From Candidatus Poribacteria bacterium (lineage in GTDB: Bacteria; Poribacteria; WGA-4E; PCPOR2b): a stretch of 64,000 nt of DNA. The notes beneath the pieces were generated by a model, which was not told the origin of the DNA, did no database searches, and was given only the letters and a program-made list of their open reading frames with translations. Positions 10,301 to 20,093 of the stretch are shown in pieces (the stretch's first letter is position 1; every line of letters starts with the position of its first letter). The position numbers were made by a program, and so were the translations under genes. The DNA lies in the NCBI GenBank assembly GCA_965116925.1, contig OZ220744.1, positions 4,352,001 through 4,416,000 of the forward strand. The letters are read 5' to 3'.

Positions 10301-11314
10301 AATTACGCTCAGGAATACCCCCTGATAGCTACTTGTTCCGATTTTGACGATTACCTTGGCGACTTTGTCTTCTTGGCGAAGATCGCGACGGTAGGCGGGA
10401 AAATAGAAGAGGGGAACACCACCAACTCTCAGAACAATATTCTTGGCGATCAACTCTCTGTTTATCCTGACGATAATCTGCGATGCACTGAAGTAATAAT
10501 GGGGATGCTTGAGAGAGCATGTTGTCAAAGCCCCACCCCGGATGTAAGACTCATCATCTTCAATCTTAAAGATTTCGGTGCCGCGGTAGTACCACGGGTC
10601 GCTGAAACTGAATCCCTCGCGAATAATTCCTTTTTTTGTTTCAATGTTGTAAAGGAGCTCGTTTGCATAGGTTTCTTCGTTTCCGACGAGAAGATGCACG
10701 TTTCCCGATGCCCGCATCATATTTTCATCGAAATCCGCCCAGATATGATCTGCGTAGAGCACAACCTCGTCGTATTTGATCAGTCCGTTGCCGTGAATCT
10801 GAATCAGGTTCTCGTGAAAGGTAAGATTGTCGCCTTTTGCAAGCAGGTCTCCTGCTTCAGGTAACATATTCTCTGGATCGAGTTTTCGACTGGCTTGGGT
10901 GGGTTCTTCAGGTGTAGGTGAACCTGCCGCTGGTGGGGTTTCTGACGTTTCTTCAGGAGGTTCTGTGGGTGGTTCTCCATCGTTGGGCACTTCGGGAGCA
11001 GGTGGATCTTCAGCTGTCGAAGTTTCTGATGACACCTCAGCCTGTTCGTCCGAAGCCGTTTGCTCGGCAGCGGGAGCAGGGTCGGTTTGGGCGGCTAATT
11101 CGCCCGCGGACAAAATTAAATTAAGCGTGAGAATCGTAGGTAATAGGAGATGAAGGGTAAAACGATATACCCAGGGAGCAAGACGTGAAACGTAAAGTAC
11201 GTCCCCCCAAAAACGATCAAGGGATCGGAAACAAGGTAGGTTGGGCAACCGGGGGTTTGATTTCTTCCCGTTGCCTACTGTTTTCTGCCAGTTCCGTTTT
11301 TCCCTCCTTGCCAT
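7340..11314 (-). CDS. lptD: LptD-like LPS-assembly outer-membrane protein with inserted parvulin (PpiC) domains
   Basis: Signal-like hydrophobic stretch, Pro/Glu linker, OstA-like jellyroll (ASGNV, TTC, GVPLFYFP), amphipathic beta-strand C-terminal half. Internal parvulin motif FAEIAK..S.D....GGDMG...GFHIL. RBS AGAGGAAAGG. Confidence 0.8.
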   Translation of the reverse strand: MARREKRNWQKTVGNGKKSNPRLPNLPCFRSLDRFWGDVLYVSRLAPWVYRFTLHLLLPTILTLNLILSAGELAAQTDPAPAAEQTASDEQAEVSSETSTAEDPPAPEVPNDGEPPTEPPEETSETPPAAGSPTPEEPTQASRKLDPENMLPEAGDLLAKGDNLTFHENLIQIHGNGLIKYDEVVLYADHIWADFDENMMRASGNVHLLVGNEETYANELLYNIETKKGIIREGFSFSDPWYYRGTEIFKIEDDESYIRGGALTTCSLKHPHYYFSASQIIVRINRELIAKNIVLRVGGVPLFYFPAYRRDLRQEDKVAKVIVKIGTSSYQGVFLSVILPLARRFRYDSALLFDHSARRGSGLGADGKYRVNDAKFQEIIVPIPPNATPSERTKLEEKAQELADRLEGEYDRYKLRQLFLEYQISEEDIAAAREKVENIHAQLQEANGDFAEIAKADSTDQDTRYQGGDMGFLVRGERDEEDELRLDPILEEAVFQLEPGEITPILRTESGFHILMVDRVLDVYGERELQIRRIDIAIEPSEETRNAIQTTAKEIQERAEAGEVLQELVGQYEGVELSEANEGAGFLLNEMDRRWKHPVTRLEGPGEVTWPINTERGVYILELIEREPTPTFEEIARQFEAEWAVMEAQFGKAAPTEETGIEQLEEGTEGQGDKEINGHEERMEAQSHIGTPEDSAQIPLNPDQIGDGEVVDPSEESEKVQIYQQYDYRGRWEMPTVIYTQAQRLYSGEHTGIIKTRKGYRLIKIDKRRTYRGDFYFYTNDEFSFDRRQPFKTGRRWNMRWGHRHTFYTPWDNRVRQRRPVSFVGRVAWRAKDFEEEGFGINESMVNSFGVLTWGTSYSALDQEDRDEEGNLRFSSKTIGEFLGRLQVNHTLDFTGEGTTNLQKLPVLELALSRMRLDRLPVFKTINSRLTKVADALHTDLPILSMFAFPTLESTSFDLDVNLGNFFRERFRDEEDVYLQTMDLGFDLRKQSVLQIMPNRELRFDADLDTNLIWHDKDREGNPNIFRGIYSTRLSASNLLFRIYDISFIPGARRMRHQINSRVSFDYSPPVDREDAPQLYPFGPSVYFFERKNLAYNFDTSIEVKTRGSRSALRVLNFSTRIAADFTKFEALGERRYVPIESRMTIVPLASRNLNITFRSTHDPNESRLDGKRLKQVGFRSNVSYRRDKWNISFGNSFTKRTQYASRSLTGSFRFRPSQLLELNLSVNYDWIEKQFYSQSIMLRRNLHNWNMTIRWHRIGIKREPPFDNVRQDFTFQINLIAEPAASVGVGYDATTDTWGFRTLPAGVPYDSFGVGNSLGRSYF

Positions 11315-11443
11315 ACTACCTTTCCTCTGCTACACTGCAAAATCGAGTCATCGAGAGCAGTAGAACTTATCCGAGAATCGCCTCCCTCTGCTTCAGTTTT
11401 CACTGTCAGTCAAGCGATTCTGATAGGAGGGTACAGCTTACTC

Positions 11444-12742
11444 CTATTTAAGTTCCTCTTTGATTTTTATAAAGGAATTTTCCTTGAGCAGATCCGTGTA
11501 AATTTGCCATTCCTCTTGGAATTTTTGCTGACGCAGCATCATCCGAATCTGGTCTTTTTCAGCGTCGCCCAATTCAGGAGCCGTGCGACTATCGATCTTG
11601 AAAATATGCACGCCATACGTTGTTTTAAGGGGCGTGCTATGTGCTCCGATGGAAAGTCCTTCGATAATTTTTCGGGTTTCGGGATTTAACTCGCTGAGCG
11701 AACGAATCCCGAGATCACCACTATTAGCTTTCGTCTGCGAATCGTCGGAGTATTGTTGTGCAAGCGCGTTGAAATCTTCACCTTGATTTAACCGCTGCAA
11801 GAGGCTATCTGCACGTTCATAAGCAGCTTCAATCGCTTGCTCACTCGGCTTCAAACTGACAACGAGATGACGAAACGCTATGGTCTGATCATCTTTACGT
11901 TCAACTTTGAAAAGGTAAAACCCATCATTGCCTTCAACCGGTTCACTGATCCCGCCGGTGTTGAGCCCTGAAAGTGTATTGCGGAAGGTAGCTGAAAGGT
12001 TGTCCATCTCTGCAATCGGCAGTTCGTTTAATGCCCCAATCCCTGCTTGTCTATACTCATCGTCAGCATAACGTTGCGCGAGTTCCTCAAAATTTTTTCC
12101 AGCCGCTAATTCCTGACGAATTGTATCGATCTTCTCAAGGGCTAGCTTGCGGTCTGACTCGCTTGGCTTGAAAGCGACGAAGATGTGTCGAAGATGGACT
12201 CTGTCTGTCTTAGTTGGCAATTGCGAGCGGTTTTCTTCAAAAAACTTCTGTATGTCCGAACCTCGAATTTGGAGTCTAGGGAGGATACGTTGCATGACAA
12301 GTCGTTCCGCCATCAGGTTACGTTTAGCTTGTTCACGGAAAGACATCAGGGTGTACCCCTCCTTTTTTAACGCTTGAGCAAGTTCCTCTTCAGTCTCAAT
12401 CTTGTACTGATCCTTGAAGTTTTGCATATACTGCTCCACTTCAGCCTCAGTGATTTCAATTTTTAGCGTTAATGCTGTTTCGACGAGAAGCATTTGGCGA
12501 ATCAACTGATCGAGGAGTGCAGCCCGTTCCTGTTCCGCCTTTTCCATCGCTTCGCGCTCACTGAACCGGTAGACTTGCTGCAGTTCTACTGCTTTTTGCT
12601 TCACAACACTGTCGAGCTCCCATTTGGTGATCACATCTTCGTTGACATAAGCGATGATCTGATCAAATCTTCGTGCAGCAACGGGATTGATTCCAAAATG
12701 AAGGATCAATAGAGCTAGGACGCAAAAACGCAATATCTTCAT
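11444..12742 (-). CDS. surA: SurA-like periplasmic chaperone / peptidyl-prolyl isomerase (two parvulin domains)
   Basis: Signal peptide, DQIIAYVNEDVIT SurA N-domain, two PpiC domains (RHIFV; FNALAQQYSDD...GDLG...GVHIF); adjacent to lptD. Confidence 0.8.
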   Translation of the reverse strand: MKILRFCVLALLILHFGINPVAARRFDQIIAYVNEDVITKWELDSVVKQKAVELQQVYRFSEREAMEKAEQERAALLDQLIRQMLLVETALTLKIEITEAEVEQYMQNFKDQYKIETEEELAQALKKEGYTLMSFREQAKRNLMAERLVMQRILPRLQIRGSDIQKFFEENRSQLPTKTDRVHLRHIFVAFKPSESDRKLALEKIDTIRQELAAGKNFEELAQRYADDEYRQAGIGALNELPIAEMDNLSATFRNTLSGLNTGGISEPVEGNDGFYLFKVERKDDQTIAFRHLVVSLKPSEQAIEAAYERADSLLQRLNQGEDFNALAQQYSDDSQTKANSGDLGIRSLSELNPETRKIIEGLSIGAHSTPLKTTYGVHIFKIDSRTAPELGDAEKDQIRMMLRQQKFQEEWQIYTDLLKENSFIKIKEELK

Positions 12743-12778
12743 TTAGAGGTATGCCTCCTTAATTCAAGGTTCGACGTT

Positions 12779-13822
12779 TTACGGTTCTGTTTCAGGTTCG
12801 GTGGGGGTGTCACCATCATCAGGCGATTCGCTTTCCCCTTCCGCTTCAGCAGGAGCGTCACCATCATCAGACGATTCGCTTCCCCCTTCCTCTTCGACCT
12901 CCTCCGGTGCATCGGGGATTCGATCTGAAAAGGTCTTGACCTTCGCCTGTTCGTGGAGTCGGATCAGCCAATCAGTCATAAGTTCTTCGCGTTTCTGATT
13001 CTCTACGTGTCTTTCCACATTGCGTCGTACACTTTGTTCTTCAAGCGTTTGTTGGCGTGCTGGCTGGGCTTCCTCCTTACGGAATATTAGGTAATAGTTT
13101 TCCCCGTCGAGTTCAATGTGGAGAATCTCTTCGTTCATTTGACCGACTTCCAGTTCAAACGCCGCATCGCTAAACGGTTTTGCGCGCCGCGAATACATCG
13201 TGTTATCGAAAAAGTCGGTGTCACCGGGGATTTCGTTATTTGATCCAGGACCGATTAATTCCCCGTTTGCGGATAATTCTGTAGCGAGGGCAGCGATGTC
13301 TTCCCCATCTTTAATTCGTTGAAAAATTTCTTTTGCTCGTTCCTCATTCATGAGGGTTATGCAGGTCAGCCGCACCTGTTCCAGCTCAACATAGTCTTCC
13401 TTATTTTCTTCATAATAAAGCTGGTAATCTTCCTCAGTTGGTTTAAGTTTCTGATCCACTTCGATATCTGTGATCTTATCAACGAGCAGTTCGTGGTAAT
13501 AGTCCTGCACTTTTTTAAGCACCGTAGGATCCTCGTCAAGTTTCCGATCCTTGGCGAGACAAAGTATGAGACGGCTTTCTGCCATTAGGTTCATGTATTC
13601 CTCATACCCGCCCTCTGCTTCTTGGTACTGTGGTTGTTTATACGAAGGGAGTTCACTTATCTCTTGTAGCATCTCCTCAAGCGTTATGTGGTGTTTTCCA
13701 TTCCATTCAAATTCAGCGATCACAGTGCCCTCAGCTCCGGCTTTTCCGCCACAACCATTCAACGAAACGCTAACAGCAACGGCACCAATTAAGATAAAGC
13801 TAATAATTCCCAATAATTTCAC
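12779..13822 (-). CDS. PrsA/PpiC-type foldase, probable lipoprotein
   Basis: Lipobox-like LNGC, YYEENK motif, parvulin-like core, acidic tail; GTG start with GGAGG RBS. Confidence 0.75.
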   Translation of the reverse strand: MKLLGIISFILIGAVAVSVSLNGCGGKAGAEGTVIAEFEWNGKHHITLEEMLQEISELPSYKQPQYQEAEGGYEEYMNLMAESRLILCLAKDRKLDEDPTVLKKVQDYYHELLVDKITDIEVDQKLKPTEEDYQLYYEENKEDYVELEQVRLTCITLMNEERAKEIFQRIKDGEDIAALATELSANGELIGPGSNNEIPGDTDFFDNTMYSRRAKPFSDAAFELEVGQMNEEILHIELDGENYYLIFRKEEAQPARQQTLEEQSVRRNVERHVENQKREELMTDWLIRLHEQAKVKTFSDRIPDAPEEVEEEGGSESSDDGDAPAEAEGESESPDDGDTPTEPETEP

Positions 13823-13926
13823 AGTAATACCTCCTTAAATTTTGTGTGATGTACAATTGTTCGACTGTTACAACCATTTCTCAGCGAATTTCTGAACGCG
13901 ATGACTCTAGCCTATGTTGTGTTCCC

Positions 13927-14889
13927 CTACTGCTCCGATTTCTCGTTTTCTGGATCTTCTTCCTCTTCGGGCATCACAGGTGGAGGGAGCAGTTCTGGAT
14001 ACGTTTTGAGTTTGCCCTCGGCAGTAAGCATTTCCAACCATTTTAGGATACGCTTCCGCTTCATCTCACGTTTTAGGGGATACTCAAGCCTTGGCTTGAC
14101 CTCTTCAAAGGTCTGCTGGCGCTCTGGCTGATGTTCTTCCTTTCGGAAAATCATATAATAGGTATCTTCCTCAACGTCTTGTTCAAAAACCTCATCAGTC
14201 ATTTCGCCGACCTCCATTGCAAAAACCGCGTCAACGAATGCTTGGGCTCGTGCAGAAACGTCTCGGGCAAAGAAGCCTGTATCACCGGGATCTCCCGGAT
14301 TTGAACCAGGTCCTGTCAATACCCCTTTTTCCGAAAGTTCTTTTACTGCATCAAAGATGTCCTTACCGGCTTGAATCTCCTCCAGTGTGGTCTGTGCGAG
14401 TTCTTTATCGAATACCGTGATGCAGGTTGCCCGCACTTTTTCCTCATCAACATACGTATCTTTATTTTCTTCGTAATACTGCCGAAGTGTTTCCTCGGTG
14501 ATGGCAATTTTTTCATCGACCTCAATTTCGGTCAAGCGTTCAACCATCAACTGATGCTTATAATCGTCCGCTTTTTTAAGGAACTCCTCATTTTTGTCGA
14601 ATCCTACCTCAGCAGCTGCGAGGAGCATTAGCCTTTGGTTGATGAGGTCTTCCAGAAATATGAGTTTACCAGCTTTGGACTGATAGCCCTTCTGTTTATA
14701 TTCTGATAGTGCTGCTATTTCCGCATTAAGTGTTGCAAGCGAAATTTCGTGTATGCCGTTCCATTCGTACCGCGCCACAATAATCTGGCTCTCATCCATT
14801 GGGCCGGCTACATCTTGCGATTGGACAATCTGCCAACTGCTTAAACCGATTGCCGCCGTCACGACGAAAATTATCAACTTTTTTTTCAT
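13927..14889 (-). CDS. PrsA/PpiC-type foldase, paralog of 12779-13822
   Basis: Signal peptide; shares EWNG.H.I, YYEENK, TCIT, GPGSN..PGDT and YY.IFRKEE motifs with its neighbour. Confidence 0.75.
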   Translation of the reverse strand: MKKKLIIFVVTAAIGLSSWQIVQSQDVAGPMDESQIIVARYEWNGIHEISLATLNAEIAALSEYKQKGYQSKAGKLIFLEDLINQRLMLLAAAEVGFDKNEEFLKKADDYKHQLMVERLTEIEVDEKIAITEETLRQYYEENKDTYVDEEKVRATCITVFDKELAQTTLEEIQAGKDIFDAVKELSEKGVLTGPGSNPGDPGDTGFFARDVSARAQAFVDAVFAMEVGEMTDEVFEQDVEEDTYYMIFRKEEHQPERQQTFEEVKPRLEYPLKREMKRKRILKWLEMLTAEGKLKTYPELLPPPVMPEEEEDPENEKSEQ

Positions 14890-15016
14890 TGGTGTATATC
14901 GTTCCTTTCAGATTGATAGGTAGATTGCAAAGACATCATCTTCGCAGTTAGTAATGTATTCGTACTGTTAAAGGATAAGTATGTCAAAAGCGCAGTTATG
15001 CAATACGCATCACGGT

Positions 15017-18000
15017 TCACATTAGTTTCCCTAAAACACGCTTGAGCTCAAACAAGAGAGCCTTTCCCTCCAATCCTTTCAAACGGATCGTCATACGTAC
15101 AGGGGGAGTAATTGAGATTCGCCGATCCTGCTCAATCAGCCGAATTAGCTTGCGGGGATCAAGGCTTGTTTTGGTTTCATCAAATGTGACCTTAATGCTT
15201 TCCTCGCCTGCGGCGATTCCATCAACCCCAAGCTGTTGACTGAGTTGTTTTAAGTCGGCTATTTCGAGGAGCATCTCAACAGGTTCGGGAATCTTGCCAT
15301 ACCGGTCGACCATCTCCTCTTCAAGTTCTTTCCGATCTACTACCGTTTCTAGGGCAGCGATCTTTTTATAAAGTGCGACCTTCTGCCTGCCGTCGGGGAC
15401 ATATTCATCAGGCAGATAGGCTTCAATGGGAAGGTTAATCCGGGTTTCGACCGTTTCTTCGACCTTCTCACCCTTGAGTTTTTGTACCGCTTCCTCAAGA
15501 AGTTTGCAGTACATGTCGTAACCCACGGCGATGATATGACCGTGCTGCTCTGAACCGAGAATATTGCCTGTTCCCCGAATTTCAAGGTCGCGGAGGGCAA
15601 TCTTAAACCCGGAACCGAGGTCAGTGAATTCTTCAATGACGCGTAGACGTTTTTGAGCACCTTCTGTAATTGCCCATCCTTGCGGGTAGAACAGATAGCC
15701 GTAAGCCTGATACTGATCGCGCCCGACTCGTCCGCGTAGCTGGTAAAGTTGGGCTAACCCAAACGCGTCTGCACGATTGATCAGAATCGTGTTGACGGTT
15801 GGAATATCTACGCCAGACTCAATAATCATGGTGCAAACCAGAACGTCATGTTTGTGGTTGACGAATTCCATCATCACTTTTTCGAGTTGACGTTCAGGCA
15901 TTTGCCCGTGTGCCATACAGACTCTAGCGTGCGGCACGAGATCTTGGATTGTGGCAGCAATGCTTGCGATACTCTGGACACGGTTGTGCACAAAAAAGAT
16001 CTGTCCACCCCGTTCCATCTCTCGCAAGATCGCATCTCGAACCACATCGGGATTATACTCCATGACGTAAGTTTCAATTGGCAGGCGATTTTCCGGGGGC
16101 GTATTGATTACGCTGAAGTCGCGGATGCCGACGAGGGACATATGAAGTGTACGCGGAATCGGTGTTGCTGTCAAGGTTAATACGTCAACCGTCTGCTTCA
16201 TCTGTTTAATCTTCTCTTTGTGCTTCACCCCGAAACGATGTTCCTCGTCAACGACGAGCAAACCGAGTTCCCGGAACTTAATATTTTTTGAGAGCAAGGC
16301 GTGGGTGCCGATAACGATATCAACTGTGCCATTTGCCAATCCCTCTACAACCCTTTTTGCTTCTTTATCCGTTCGGAAGCGATTCAACATTTCTACCTGA
16401 ACAGGAAAAGGGGCAAAACGCTGTTGGAATGTATTAAAATGTTGCAACGTGAGAATTGTTGTCGGGGCAAGCAGGGCGACCTGTTTTCCTGCCATCACCG
16501 ATTTGAACGCCGCACGGAGTGCTACTTCGGTCTTTCCGTATCCGACATCTCCGCAGATTAGCCGATCCATGGGTCGGAGGCGTTCCATGTCCTGTTTGAC
16601 CTCTTCGATTGCTTTCTGCTGGTCCGGAGTTTCTTCATAAGGGAACAGTACCTCAAACTCTTTCTGCCAAGGCGTATCTGTTGGGAAGGCATAACCCTCA
16701 CGAGATTCACGAATCGCATACAATTCCAGTAATTCCTCTGCCATCTGCTCTATGGAGGCTTTGGCTTTGGCTTTGACCCGTTCCCATGACGTTCCGCCGA
16801 GTTTGTCTAGACGTACCCTTCCCTCCTCTTGGCCGCCAATATACTTCTGCACGAAGTCAATTTGATAGGTCGGCACATATAACCTACCTGCGTCTGCATA
16901 GTCTAGTGCGAGGAAGTCCTGCGGTTTCCCATCAATGTCGAGGCGGCGAATCCCTGCGTAACGACCGATTCCGTGTGAGACATGCACCACATAATCCTTT
17001 TCCTTGAGGTCAATTAAACTCAGGATAGGAGTGCCTTCCTTAAAAGTGGTCTTGCGGTGCCGACGATGCTCGCGTCCAAACAACTCATCTTCAGATAGTG
17101 TGATGAGCTTGAGCGTTTCGCTGATAAATCCTTCGCTGATGCTACCAATATTCACTGCCGTCTGGGTTACAGGTAAATCCCTATCTGCTAAAATATCGTG
17201 TAGCCGATCTGTGCTCTTTAGGTTATCACAGAAGAAGTTGACGAAATAGCCCTCGTCGGTCCACCCTTTGATCTGATCCATAATCATCTGATAATTGCTG
17301 CGTGGAAGACCGAGCGGACGCATACCGAACGCAATCTCTTCAACCGGTTCCTCTGTATTGAGTGTTGGCGGAGTCAACGAGGTGCGAACGAAGGGACAGG
17401 TCTGCAAATCAGAGATTACCCGTTCAAACGACACAAACGTCTCATTGGGTGACACCATAAACTGATCAAATGCTAGTTTTCGTTCATAAAGATCTTTCGT
17501 ATTTTCAATAAGTTGAGTCGCCTCACGCGCCATCCAAGCAGACTCAATCATGAGAACCACAGTCTGCGGGGATAGATAATCCATGAGGGTACTACTATCT
17601 TCGTATAACATCGGAAGTAAGGCTTCTAGCCCTTCCGGATTTGTCTCTGTTTCGAGGCGGTGCGTAATCTCGTTGACTGCGTTTCGATACTTGGGCGATT
17701 CGTTGTTTTGAATCAGTGTTTCTGCTCGAATTTTCCATAGATTGAGGGTTTCGGGGGACAGGATGATTTCTCGAACTGGACACAGCGTAATTGCTTCGGT
17801 GTCGTCATCAATTCCATCGGGAACAGAGCGTTGTGAAGCCGGATCAAACAACCGAATAGCGTCGATTTCGTCGCCGAAGAACTCAATCCGGATGGGCGCA
17901 TCGGTAGTCAACGGGTAAACGTCGAGTATGTCACCACGACGCGCTAATTCGCCCTTGGCCTCTACGAGATCTACGTGCTGATAACCGTTGTGCAGCAGTT

Positions 18001-18505
18001 GGTCAACCACTTTGTCGGGGGCAATCTCATCGCCGATGCGGAGGGTCAGGAAGGCAGATTCTACAACGGATTGGGGCAGAATCTTATGCATCAGCGCCTG
18101 GATCGATGTAACAATGAACGTGCGGTCTCCCTGCAACAGCTGATACAAACAGATTAGCCGCTCTGCGACAACATTTTTTGTTGGGGAAATACCGTCATAA
18201 AGGAAATTTTGCCATTGCGGAAAGAGATAGGGATCTTCAAAATGATAGGCGGGTAGATCTTGGATGATTTTCTCGGCTTCGTGCTGCGTGGGCACAACAA
18301 CGAGAAACGATTTGTCGGCGAAATCGGCTGCCAATGCACTGAGCAGGTAAGCAGTAGACGCGCCATGCAGACCGCGTAACCACGGTTTGGGACGATCTAT
18401 TTGCTGATTTAACGAGGTTGGGGCACACTCCCCCCCTGAAAACTGAGCGGTCAGGGTTTCAACAAGCGATTGATAGGTATTTGACTGCTGCAGAAGATCT
18501 ATCAC
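15017..18505 (-). CDS. mfd: Transcription-repair coupling factor
   Basis: RGDILDVYP UvrB-like module, CarD-like domain, GDVGYGKTEVA, DEEHRFG, TATPIPRT, QLRGRVGR, TRCF C-terminus. Confidence 0.97.
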   Translation of the reverse strand: MIDLLQQSNTYQSLVETLTAQFSGGECAPTSLNQQIDRPKPWLRGLHGASTAYLLSALAADFADKSFLVVVPTQHEAEKIIQDLPAYHFEDPYLFPQWQNFLYDGISPTKNVVAERLICLYQLLQGDRTFIVTSIQALMHKILPQSVVESAFLTLRIGDEIAPDKVVDQLLHNGYQHVDLVEAKGELARRGDILDVYPLTTDAPIRIEFFGDEIDAIRLFDPASQRSVPDGIDDDTEAITLCPVREIILSPETLNLWKIRAETLIQNNESPKYRNAVNEITHRLETETNPEGLEALLPMLYEDSSTLMDYLSPQTVVLMIESAWMAREATQLIENTKDLYERKLAFDQFMVSPNETFVSFERVISDLQTCPFVRTSLTPPTLNTEEPVEEIAFGMRPLGLPRSNYQMIMDQIKGWTDEGYFVNFFCDNLKSTDRLHDILADRDLPVTQTAVNIGSISEGFISETLKLITLSEDELFGREHRRHRKTTFKEGTPILSLIDLKEKDYVVHVSHGIGRYAGIRRLDIDGKPQDFLALDYADAGRLYVPTYQIDFVQKYIGGQEEGRVRLDKLGGTSWERVKAKAKASIEQMAEELLELYAIRESREGYAFPTDTPWQKEFEVLFPYEETPDQQKAIEEVKQDMERLRPMDRLICGDVGYGKTEVALRAAFKSVMAGKQVALLAPTTILTLQHFNTFQQRFAPFPVQVEMLNRFRTDKEAKRVVEGLANGTVDIVIGTHALLSKNIKFRELGLLVVDEEHRFGVKHKEKIKQMKQTVDVLTLTATPIPRTLHMSLVGIRDFSVINTPPENRLPIETYVMEYNPDVVRDAILREMERGGQIFFVHNRVQSIASIAATIQDLVPHARVCMAHGQMPERQLEKVMMEFVNHKHDVLVCTMIIESGVDIPTVNTILINRADAFGLAQLYQLRGRVGRDQYQAYGYLFYPQGWAITEGAQKRLRVIEEFTDLGSGFKIALRDLEIRGTGNILGSEQHGHIIAVGYDMYCKLLEEAVQKLKGEKVEETVETRINLPIEAYLPDEYVPDGRQKVALYKKIAALETVVDRKELEEEMVDRYGKIPEPVEMLLEIADLKQLSQQLGVDGIAAGEESIKVTFDETKTSLDPRKLIRLIEQDRRISITPPVRMTIRLKGLEGKALLFELKRVLGKLM

Positions 18506-18514
18506 TTTTCTTCT

Positions 18515-19309
18515 CTAATCCAAAAAATCAACTTTCTCCAATACACCAACTAGCTTACCGATACGCGGGGTCTTGGCTTCGATCTTAACGGGAATACGGC
18601 GCTCATCGTTCGTGAGCCACATCAGATAGCCGTGTGAGGTGCGTAGCATCAGTGTTTCCACACGACCCAATGCTTTGGTTTTTATCACTTCGCGACGGAG
18701 GATTTCAAGGGTCACATGCTCACACTTATCCTTGACTATCACTGGAAATGCGTAGGTGTGACCGACCTGCAACTCCTTTGAACGCAGAAAGTAAATCATC
18801 GACAGATCATCCTGTGTCCCGATTGGGATGTCCAAAGCCTTGTTAGCTGAGTTTTTGGTGTATTGAGCCGTTCCCTCGCCATGATCAAAATCAATTTCAA
18901 CGCGTGCTCGATATTTCTGATCCTCTAAATTCCTAACATATTTTAGTGGGTATAGCTGATCCGTTGTGACGTAACTTTCTGTCTGGTCGTGGAAATGGTA
19001 CAACTTTCCAAGAAGACTTCCGGTCTGCCTTTCCGATCTGAAACGATAGACGTGCCGATCCGCCAGCCTCGTTTTTTCAACGACCTTTGTAACTTGTGTT
19101 CCAGCAGGCAATCCTTTAATTTTAACGCTGTAGGTCAGTACCTCGCCGATCTGAATAGGCACCTGATCGAGATTCTTGATGTCAAGCAGCGAATAGGTTG
19201 CTGAAATAGCCAGAGAGAAGGTCAGAAAGATGAAACAACTAACAAACAGAATTTGGATGACTCGCACGGTGTAGATTTCCTTGTCTAATGAAACCTTCGG
19301 GAGGTTCAT
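18515..19309 (-). CDS. DUF3108-like exported protein
   Basis: GEVLTYSV, DDLSMIYFLR and WLTNDERRIPVKIE motifs; N-terminal hydrophobic segment. Confidence 0.7.
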   Translation of the reverse strand: MNLPKVSLDKEIYTVRVIQILFVSCFIFLTFSLAISATYSLLDIKNLDQVPIQIGEVLTYSVKIKGLPAGTQVTKVVEKTRLADRHVYRFRSERQTGSLLGKLYHFHDQTESYVTTDQLYPLKYVRNLEDQKYRARVEIDFDHGEGTAQYTKNSANKALDIPIGTQDDLSMIYFLRSKELQVGHTYAFPVIVKDKCEHVTLEILRREVIKTKALGRVETLMLRTSHGYLMWLTNDERRIPVKIEAKTPRIGKLVGVLEKVDFLD

Positions 19310-19416
19310 TTGGGGTCTGAGATGCGCAACAAGCGGCTGGTTTCACATCAAAAAATTATAAGTTATCAGGTGGATTCCTCTCCGAGGGCTATCACCTGAC
19401 CACTTTGATACACCCG

Positions 19417-20079
19417 CTAAAAGCGGCGGTTAATTGTTAAATAAGGTTCTCCATATATACTTTGTTGCGCCTGCACTGGAAATCTTCGGTCATTATACTC
19501 GTCGACTGTTTTGGCTGCATCAAAAATATTCCAAATGTAGATACCAATTCCGCTTGCCAGAAAGAGCGCCCCAAATTGGGCATGACCTCGCGCCTTGACA
19601 CGCCCTTGATCCGCTGTCAGCAAGCTGTCGCCATGCGGGTCGTCAAATCCTGTGTTGAAACGATCTGATCGGTCACTATAAGTTATGGCACGGTCCAAAT
19701 GGAATCCCCCTGCTGCGATCAATCCAATCCCGGCCGCGAGAAAGGCTACGCCTCTCGCGGGACGACCGGAGTAGGCTTGTCCTAAACCGGGCAACGTCGC
19801 CGATAGAAGTATAGCTGTTCGGGCGGTTTTCTGAGGATAATACTTGGGCGCGTGTGGTCGAAAGAGGGCATAATTTGGCGAATCCGTTTGGCGATTTGGA
19901 TCGCGGGGGATGACGGTTCCTCCTAGAGTTAGAGAGGTTGGTGATTCCCCGGTCTTTGCGTTCGCTTGTGTCTCTGCTGGGACCGTAGGCGTCTCATCAG
20001 CAGTTGATTCAGCCGATATAGTATTCCAAGCTGTCGCGAAACTGAGAAAGACAATAAGCGCGAAAAGGCACTTTTTCAT
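19417..20079 (-). CDS. Hypothetical membrane/secreted protein (DUF5683-like)
   Basis: Signal peptide, AILLSATLPGLGQAY and YIWNIFDA motifs. Confidence 0.6.
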   Translation of the reverse strand: MKKCLFALIVFLSFATAWNTISAESTADETPTVPAETQANAKTGESPTSLTLGGTVIPRDPNRQTDSPNYALFRPHAPKYYPQKTARTAILLSATLPGLGQAYSGRPARGVAFLAAGIGLIAAGGFHLDRAITYSDRSDRFNTGFDDPHGDSLLTADQGRVKARGHAQFGALFLASGIGIYIWNIFDAAKTVDEYNDRRFPVQAQQSIYGEPYLTINRRF

Positions 20080-20093
20080 TTTTGTAAGACTCC

